A DNA stretch of 59,294 bases, counting the filler. It is 8 parts of 8 records of this genome, joined end to end, with 100 filler letters (N's around TTAATTAATTAA, not from the genome) between each part and the next. Parts side by side here need not be neighbours in the genome. Positions count along the whole stretch, not along the records: positions 50,601 to 59,294 come from SRR31147125_155391; 7 more parts are not named here. One strand, given 5' to 3'. A program made the translations under genes and the position numbers. A model generated the notes under the pieces. That model made no database searches, had not been told where the DNA came from, and saw only the letters and a program-made list of their open reading frames with translations. This document shows, piece by piece, positions 52,521 to 59,294 of the stretch; within the stretch, counting starts at the first letter, position 1, and every line of letters starts with the position of its first letter.

Positions 52521-53210
52521 ATGCAATTGACCGTCAAAGACATTGTTAAACTCCTGAATGTATCGGAGCGGACTGTGTACCGATGGATCAAGTCTGGTAA
52601 CATTCCCACTTATAAAATAAATGAGCAATATCGATTTAATCGTGTCGAAATTTTGGAATGGGCAACAGCGCGTAAAATGCACGTTTCACCGACTATTTTT
52701 ACCGAACCAATAGTGGAAAATTCACCCACATTAACGAATGCCATAAAGGCCGGAGGCATTTATTATCGGGTGTGTGGAGAGGACAAAGAAAGTGTCCTTG
52801 ACTCCATTGTCAAATTGTTACGATTGCCAGAGGAAGTCGATATTGAATTTCTCCTTCAGGTATTGCTGGCCCGGGAATCGCTGGGCTCGACAGCCATAGG
52901 AGAAGGAATTGCTATCCCGCATCCACGTAATCCTATTGTATTACACATTCCGCGCCCTATGGTTGCCTTGTGCTTTCTTGAAAAGCCCATTGATTTTGGT
53001 GCTTTGGATGGTATCCCGGTTCAGGTGATTTTTATGTTGATTTCACCCACGGTCGGGTCTCATTTGCATCTTTTATCGCGTCTTTCATTTTCTCTGAAAA
53101 ATGAAGCTTTTAAAAAGATTTTATCCATTCCCGGTACACGGGAAGAAATATTTTGGACATTGAAGAAAATTGAACATGGATTAGCCACAACGGAGGATAC
53201 GGATAAATAA
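52521..53210 (+). CDS. Excisionase/MerR-like HTH (HTH_17) fused to PTS EIIA (Ntr/fructose class)
   Basis: LTVKDIVKLLNVSERTVYRWIKSGNIP..K....RF, then RESLGSTAIGEGIAIPH and IDFGALDG. Confidence 0.9.
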   Translation: MQLTVKDIVKLLNVSERTVYRWIKSGNIPTYKINEQYRFNRVEILEWATARKMHVSPTIFTEPIVENSPTLTNAIKAGGIYYRVCGEDKESVLDSIVKLLRLPEEVDIEFLLQVLLARESLGSTAIGEGIAIPHPRNPIVLHIPRPMVALCFLEKPIDFGALDGIPVQVIFMLISPTVGSHLHLLSRLSFSLKNEAFKKILSIPGTREEIFWTLKKIEHGLATTEDTDK

Positions 53211-55207
53211 TGATTTTCTATTTGATATGTCTGGCTGTGCTTGTGGGAGGTGGGTTACTCTCTTTACTTTGTTCTTCAAGAGAGAAAATATCATCCGCAA
53301 TCGGAAGCGGAAGCACAGTGATTGCGGCTATTTTGGGAATTCTGGCAGCGCTTCAGGTTCTAGCGTCACCACAAGCGCTGGTTTGGAAAGTTCAATGGTC
53401 ATTGCCATTAGGTTCTTTATTTTTGAAAATCGATGCGCTATCAGCGTTTTTTTTAATCCTCATTTTTGTTATTTCAATTTTAATTACTGTTTACAGTAGT
53501 GCTTATTTGCGTCCTTTTGCGGCAAAGCGGAATCTTGGTGTTCCAAGATTGTTTACGAATTTTCTCATCGCAGGTATGGCTATTGTCGTCACAGCGGCCA
53601 ACGGGATTTTGTTTGTCATTGCCTGGGAAATAATGTCGTTTGCCGCCTATTTTTTGGTTGTTTTTGAGGATAATGAAAAGCGAGTGCAGAGGGCGGGTCT
53701 CATCTATCTGATCGCAACTCATATTGGTACAGCATTTTTGTTTTTTATGTTCTGGCTGCTGGCAACCTATTCTGGTGGATCAATGGATTTTGATGCTTTT
53801 GTCAACATTCATGGGGTTTCGCCACATATAATTCAGAGTGTTTTTATTTTGAGTATCATTGGGTTCGGTTCAAAAGCGGGATTTATTCCTTTTCATGTGT
53901 GGCTTCCTGAAGCACATCCTGCCGCGCCAAGTCACATTTCAGCGTTGATGTCAGGTGTTATGATCAAAACGGGAGTGTATGGACTTTTGAGGGTTCTCAC
54001 TTTTTTAGGTAAACCGCCACTATGGTTTGGAGAGACTCTGATTGTTATAGGTCTGGTCTCTGGAATCCTGGCTGTTTTGTTTGCAATGGCCCAACATGAT
54101 TTAAAAAGTTTATTAGCCTATCACAGTGTGGAAAATATCGGCATCATTTTGTTAGGATTTGGTATAGGTGTGATGGGAATTGCTTATGATGTGCCAGCTA
54201 TGGCTGTGTTGGGATGTGCTGGTGGTTTGCTGCATATATTTAATCATGGTGTCTTCAAGTCTCTTTTATTCATGGGAGCCGGAGCTGTGCAGCAGCAAAC
54301 GTTAACCAGAAATGTAGAGTTGTTAGGAGGTTTGGTCAAAAAAATGCCTTTCACATCAGGTTCCTTTATTACCGGTGCTGCCGCGATTAGTGGGATCCCT
54401 CCACTTAATGGTTTTTTCAGTGAATTCCTTATATACCTTGCTTCGTTAAAAGGACTTGTTTCCCTGTCCAAAGCTGAAACGGCATTTCCTTTAGCTGTGA
54501 TTCTTGGTCTGGCACTCATAGGAGGCCTTGCCGTAGCTTGTTTTACCAAAGCCACAGGCATTGTTTTTCTCGGTCAGCCTCGTTCACGGGCTGCCAGCCG
54601 TGCCAGAGAATGTCATTGGCTTATGTATGTACCAATGATTGTTTTAGCCGGACTTTGTTTTATAATTGGGATTTTTCCATTTTTGGTTATTCCTGTATTA
54701 AAGCCGGTTATTGTATCTGTCAGTGGGTTAACTTTGCCTCAGGTAGAGTTGGGTCTTTCCCAGGCTCTTCATTCATTTTATTCTGTGTTTAAAATCGCTA
54801 TGATCATTTTTTCGGCATGTGGGTTGCTTTTCCTTGTTCGTCGTTTTCTCTTATCAAAACGAAACGTGAAACAAGCTGGTACATGGAATTGTGGATATCT
54901 TGAAACAAGTTCAAGAGAACAATATACAGCCTCCTCCTTTGTGCAACCCATAACAGATTCAACAGACTGGTTGTTGCGTACAAAAAAAGAAATTGATTAT
55001 CCAAGCGGACATTTCCCCTCTGAATCACATTTTTCAACACACACATATGATATATTTATGATAAAATTTTATCAACCCATGTTTTCAGCTGTTAGCTGGT
55101 TATTCTCCAGACTTCAATGGCTTCAGCACGGTCGTTTGCCGCTTTATTTGGTTTATATCGCTGCAACTCTTCTGGTTCTGTTGTTATGGTATGGAGGTAT
55201 TCAGTGA
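53210..55207 (+). CDS. hyfB: HyfB-like antiporter-type membrane subunit of an Ehr/hydrogenase-4-like complex
   Basis: WEIMS, PFHVWLPEAHPAAPSH, LAYHSVENIG, PPLNGFFSE, TWNCGY. Confidence 0.88.
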   Translation: MIFYLICLAVLVGGGLLSLLCSSREKISSAIGSGSTVIAAILGILAALQVLASPQALVWKVQWSLPLGSLFLKIDALSAFFLILIFVISILITVYSSAYLRPFAAKRNLGVPRLFTNFLIAGMAIVVTAANGILFVIAWEIMSFAAYFLVVFEDNEKRVQRAGLIYLIATHIGTAFLFFMFWLLATYSGGSMDFDAFVNIHGVSPHIIQSVFILSIIGFGSKAGFIPFHVWLPEAHPAAPSHISALMSGVMIKTGVYGLLRVLTFLGKPPLWFGETLIVIGLVSGILAVLFAMAQHDLKSLLAYHSVENIGIILLGFGIGVMGIAYDVPAMAVLGCAGGLLHIFNHGVFKSLLFMGAGAVQQQTLTRNVELLGGLVKKMPFTSGSFITGAAAISGIPPLNGFFSEFLIYLASLKGLVSLSKAETAFPLAVILGLALIGGLAVACFTKATGIVFLGQPRSRAASRARECHWLMYVPMIVLAGLCFIIGIFPFLVIPVLKPVIVSVSGLTLPQVELGLSQALHSFYSVFKIAMIIFSACGLLFLVRRFLLSKRNVKQAGTWNCGYLETSSREQYTASSFVQPITDSTDWLLRTKKEIDYPSGHFPSESHFSTHTYDIFMIKFYQPMFSAVSWLFSRLQWLQHGRLPLYLVYIAATLLVLLLWYGGIQ

Positions 55208-56114
55208 TTAGAATGATTTATTTACAGATTGTTTTTTTTCTCATATCATTACTTTTTGCCCCTCTTTTGCCTGGGCTGATCAATCGCGTTAAAGCTATTA
55301 TTGCAGGTAGACAAGGACAGCCAATATTACAGGTCTATTATGATCTGTTTCGTTTGCTGCATAAAAGTGCTGTTTATAGCTACACGACCTCGTGGTTGTT
55401 TTTTGCCGGGCCAATGATAAGTCTTGCAGCGATTCTATCAGCTCTGACTTTATTGCCCATGTTTGGCTTTTCAGCCTTGTTTTCTTTTTCAGGAGATATT
55501 GTTCTTTTTATCTACTGCTTTGGCTTAGTCCGATTTTTTACCGTGATCGCGGCTTTGGATACGGGTTCCAGTTTTGAAGGTATGGGTGCCAGCCGGGAAG
55601 TCTTTTTTCTGCACTGGCGGAACCAACACTTATTTTAGTACTTGTTACACTTGTTCAACAAACAGGTTCGTTATCCTTGTCCGGTATTTTTAGGCCAGAC
55701 CAGGCTACTTTTTGTGTTCAGCCGGGCATTATCCTTGTTGCCTTTAGTTTTTTTGTGATCCTGCTTGCCGAAAATAGCCGTATTCCTGTTGATGATCCCA
55801 ATACGCATTTGGAGCTGACTATGGTTCACGAGGTTATGGTTTTGGATCACAGCGGACCTGATCTGGCATTTATTGTTTACGGAGCCAGTCTGAAACTCTG
55901 GACAATGACAGCGCTCTTAGCTCAAATTCTCATTCCTGTACTCAGGGGCTCAATGTGGCTTCATCTGTTACTGGTTTTTGTTGCCATGATTGTTATTACA
56001 ATACTCATTGGAATTGTGGAATCGACCATGGCACGGTTACGTCTTGTGCAAGTTCCCCAGCTCCTGACAGGAGCTTTCGTACTGGCACTGTTAGGATACT
56101 TTATTTCGAGGTAG
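55204..56114 (+). CDS. hyfC: HyfC/NuoH-like subunit (apparent frameshift at T-run 55603-55608)
   Basis: GRQGQPILQVYYDL, LDTGSSFEGMGASRE, ENSRIPVDDPNTHLELTMVHE. Confidence 0.87.
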
Positions 56115-56119
56115 TTTAT

Positions 56120-56763
56120 ATGCTTATGATAACAGATATTGTTTTAATTTCGATACTTTTAATAGATTTATACCTTTTAGGTGCGAGTCGTTTAGGCGCT
56201 TCCATTAAGGCTATGGCATTTCAGGGTGTGATTCTGGGAGTACTACCGCTTTTAATTTATGGCTCTGAATTCGGTGTTCATACAATGGTGATGTTTTTAG
56301 GCAGTTTGTTCACTAAAGGGATCATTATACCAACGCTATTGTTTCGTGCTATAAGAGAGGTAAATATTCGACGCGAGATTGAACCCTATGTGGGCCACAC
56401 TGCCTCGCTACTACTGGGTATGGGAATATTGGTGATTTCATTCTGGATCACCCACCGTCTCAGCTTGCAGATATCAATGCAGTCAAAACTTTTGTCTCCG
56501 TAGCTCTGGCAACCGTGATGATTGGTCTTTTCCTGCTTGTGTCGAGAAAAAAGGCTGTTACCCAGGTACTGGGTTATCTCGTTTTGGAAAATGGCATATA
56601 TGTATTTGGATTAGTGTTGGCTCCTAAAATGCCTTTTCTGGTAGAGATGGGTGTTTTACTCGATGTGTTTGTAGGTGTTTTTATTATGGGTATTACGATT
56701 AATCACATCAAGGATGTTTTTGATGATCTGGATGTGGACAATTTAACAATATTGAAAGATTAA
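56120..56763 (+). CDS. hyfE: HyfE-like subunit (apparent frameshift at T-run 56490-56493)
   Basis: QGVILG, KGIIIP, QVLGYLVLENGI, VEMGVLLD. Confidence 0.85.
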
Positions 56764-56765
56764 CA

Positions 56766-58214
56766 ATGATTGCTGTTTTAGTACTTTTACCTCTTGTCGC
56801 TGGACTGATAATTTTGACAGTTCCTTCTCAAAAATTAAGGAAAACGATATGGTTGTCAACGGCAATTATTCACTTTGCCCTTGTAATGTATCAGTTTTTT
56901 GATTCTTCCCAACCAATCATGGGTGGCTGGTTGGCGCTTGATTCTTTGAGTCTTATCTTTCTTTTTCTTACAAGTTCACTGTTTCTTCTCTCTTCCATAT
57001 ATGGAATTGGGTATTTGGACGTTCAGAAAAAGGTGAGAGATACCGGCAGAAACGAAAGGGAGCATGTTTTTATCGCATGTCTTTTATTTTTTCTTGCTAC
57101 CATGTCTCTGGTGACGGTCTCTCAACATATGGGATTGTTATGGGTGGCCATTGAAGCGACAACCCTGGCGAGTGCACCTTTGATCTACTTTCACCGTTCC
57201 CCCGGTTCTTTGGAGGCAACCTGGAAATATCTTTTAATATGTTCGGTTGGCATTGCACTGGCTTTACTCGGTACTTTTTTCCTTGCTGCTTCGACAACAG
57301 TGCAGGATCAGTATATACCAATGGTTTTACCGAATCTGATCCAGGCGGGCGGACACCTGGATTCTATCTGGTTGCGCGCCGCGTTTATTTTTTTACTGGT
57401 CGGATATGGCACAAAAATGGGACTTGCGCCAATGCATACCTGGCTACCGGATGCGCATAGCGAGGCACCATCTGTCGCTTCGGCCTTGCTTTCCGGGGTG
57501 TTGTTAAACTGTGCTTTTTTGGGTATACTACGCAGTTTTCAAATTTGTGCAGCTGCCGGTGAAGCCGCTTTTGCACAAAACCTCCTCATTGTTTTTGGAT
57601 TGCTATCTATGGTACTGGCAGCGGTTTTTATTTTAAATCAACCTGACTATAAAAGAATGCTGGCATATTCCAGTGTCGAGCATATGGGCGTATTAGCTTT
57701 TGCAGTCGGCCTTGGGCCAGGTGCCTCTTTTTTTGTGTTGTTGCATACCATAAATCACTCGTTTACAAAAGCCATGCTGTTTTTTTCTGCCGGCAATATC
57801 CTTTCTACTTATAAAACAAAGCAGGTATCATCTATCCAGGGCCTTTTAAGACGAATCCCCATTACGGGCGTGCTGTGGCTTGCCGGCTTTCTGGCGATTA
57901 CCGGTACACCGCCATTTGGAATTTTTGTGAGTGAGTTTAATATTCTTGGTATTGCCATTAAGAAGGGATATTTTTTATATGGCGTTGCATTTTTATTTTT
58001 ATTGGCTGTGATCTTTATCGGGATGGGTGGATCTGTTTTAAAAATGAGCTATGGTCAGGCAGAAACGGACTCTAAAGCAGAGCGGGAAAACAAATGGATG
58101 CTGATACCTCCGCTTGTTCTGCTTGTTTTGATTTTATTACTCGGCGTTTACCTTCCTGATTTTATGCAAACCATATTGGTTGAAGGCGGAAAAATTCTGG
58201 GAGGTGGACAATGA
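56766..58214 (+). CDS. hyfF: HyfF-like antiporter-type subunit
   Basis: WVAIEATTLASA, WKYLLICSVGI, HTWLPDAHSEAPS, KRMLAYSSVEHMG. Confidence 0.9.
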   Translation: MIAVLVLLPLVAGLIILTVPSQKLRKTIWLSTAIIHFALVMYQFFDSSQPIMGGWLALDSLSLIFLFLTSSLFLLSSIYGIGYLDVQKKVRDTGRNEREHVFIACLLFFLATMSLVTVSQHMGLLWVAIEATTLASAPLIYFHRSPGSLEATWKYLLICSVGIALALLGTFFLAASTTVQDQYIPMVLPNLIQAGGHLDSIWLRAAFIFLLVGYGTKMGLAPMHTWLPDAHSEAPSVASALLSGVLLNCAFLGILRSFQICAAAGEAAFAQNLLIVFGLLSMVLAAVFILNQPDYKRMLAYSSVEHMGVLAFAVGLGPGASFFVLLHTINHSFTKAMLFFSAGNILSTYKTKQVSSIQGLLRRIPITGVLWLAGFLAITGTPPFGIFVSEFNILGIAIKKGYFLYGVAFLFLLAVIFIGMGGSVLKMSYGQAETDSKAERENKWMLIPPLVLLVLILLLGVYLPDFMQTILVEGGKILGGGQ

Positions 58215-59294
58215 TAAAGAGTCCAAATAAGCTCGAGCTTTATAATTGTGAATCAATCGATGTATCTAAAATACCGGTTTTATCTGTTGAAGAGTTTCGT
58301 CAAACCATTATAACTAATTGTAATTCCGGAAAACGTCTGCTTGTTTTGTTTGGCGTTCCGCAAGAGACTGATTGTGTGCGATTATATGCTGTCCTGGCTG
58401 ATGATAGTCGGGGTGTGTTGTTGCCGTGTGCTACAGATACCCGGGAAAATTATCCTTCACTTACTCCGGTTTGCCAGCAGGCACATCTTTTTGAACGTGA
58501 AATATATGAACAAACCGGACTGCTGCCAAAAGGGCATCCCTGGTTAAAGCCTGTGCGTTTTTGTCATCCGGATTATCCAGTGGCCAAAAATAATTTGATT
58601 AACATGCAGCCCCATGTTGGTATGAAGGATTTTTTTATGGTCAAGGGTGAAGAAATTCACGAAGTCGCTGTGGGACCAGTGCATGCGGGTATCATAGAGC
58701 CCGGACATTTTCGTTTTCAGTGTCATGGTGAACATGTTTATTCTCTGGAGATTTCACTTGGTTATCAGCATCGGGGTTTTGAAAAACAATTAATTGGCGG
58801 GCCCTATAAAAAGACTCTATATCACATGGAAGCTGTGGCTGGAGATAGCACTATCGGACATGCTCTTACTTTTTGTCGCTTGCAGGAAGCCTTGTCCGGT
58901 ACGCGTGTTTCTGCACGGGCACAGGCCGTGAGAGGTATTGCTCTCGAGCTGGAAAGATTAGCCAACCATATCGGGGATTTAGGTGCCCTGGCTGGTGATG
59001 TCGGTTTTTTACCAACAGCATCTCTCTGTGGTGCCATACGCGGGGATTTCCTTAATATGACGGCTCTGCTCTGCGGTAGCCGGCTTGGAAGATCGTTGCT
59101 GAAACCCGGAGGAGTGACCTTTGATTTGGAAACAGAACGAATTGATGAACTACAAAAACGCCTGGAAAAGGGAAAAAAGCAAGTGACGCAGGCTATTGAC
59201 CTGTTATGGGATTCCTCTTCAGTGTTATCCCGATTTGAAAATACAGGGACAGTTACGCGAGAAACAGCTGTCCAATTGGGTTTGGTCGGACCAG
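58211..59294 (+). CDS. HyfG/HycE-like (NuoCD-like) large subunit lacking N-terminal NiFe cysteines, i.e. Ehr large subunit (3' truncated; not in ORF track)
   Basis: Open from ATG 58211 to the window end: FEREI..GHPW.KP, GPVHAGIIEPGHFRF, LGYQHRG, EAVAGDS, ELERLANH. Confidence 0.88.
   Translation, partial: MIKSPNKLELYNCESIDVSKIPVLSVEEFRQTIITNCNSGKRLLVLFGVPQETDCVRLYAVLADDSRGVLLPCATDTRENYPSLTPVCQQAHLFEREIYEQTGLLPKGHPWLKPVRFCHPDYPVAKNNLINMQPHVGMKDFFMVKGEEIHEVAVGPVHAGIIEPGHFRFQCHGEHVYSLEISLGYQHRGFEKQLIGGPYKKTLYHMEAVAGDSTIGHALTFCRLQEALSGTRVSARAQAVRGIALELERLANHIGDLGALAGDVGFLPTASLCGAIRGDFLNMTALLCGSRLGRSLLKPGGVTFDLETERIDELQKRLEKGKKQVTQAIDLLWDSSSVLSRFENTGTVTRETAVQLGLVGP

Noticed and set aside
53210-59294. 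Formate hydrogenlyase / true hydrogenase-4
   Set aside because: The N-terminal NiFe cysteine pair is absent, and no fdh or hyp genes are visible.

Overview
The window is not one genomic locus. It is eight unrelated contigs joined by seven identical 100-nt artificial spacers (44 N + TTAATTAATTAA + 44 N): 1-7809, 7910-15999, 16100-22904, 23005-29256, 29357-39946, 40047-45392, 45493-50500 and 50601-59294. Most look like anaerobic Desulfobacterota. They carry (1) small Cys-rich proteins, an MDR oxidoreductase and a FIST + class III cyclase pair; (2) the spc/alpha ribosomal operon; (3) an MCP, a PocR hybrid kinase and a PLP decarboxylase; (4) a 2-oxoacid:ferredoxin oxidoreductase with HdrL-like and MvhD-fusion genes; (5) xanthine dehydrogenase with a purine/nucleoside ABC transporter; and (6) NrfD-NrfC, a nonaheme c7-type cytochrome and a PAS-AAA+ regulator. 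Contig 7 is eukaryotic, with ~44-60 nt GT-AG introns and genes for an IRED-like reductase, augmin HAUS7, a GT23 fucosyltransferase fusion and RCE1. Contig 8 is an AT-richer bacterium with an HTH-PTS EIIA fusion heading a NiFe-less Ehr/Hyf-like complex. Eleven apparent single-base deletions in homopolymers, including in rplO and secY, indicate sequencing error rather than pseudogenes. The strongest leads are: the Xis/BldC-like HTH-EIIA regulator with a 10-bp-phased TGTCA array upstream of the Ehr operon; a FIST/NosP-like sensor coupled to a Cya2-type putative guanylyl cyclase; the KOR-HdrL-MvhD cluster; and the Cys-rich microprotein cluster. All family calls come from recalled motifs; no searches were run.
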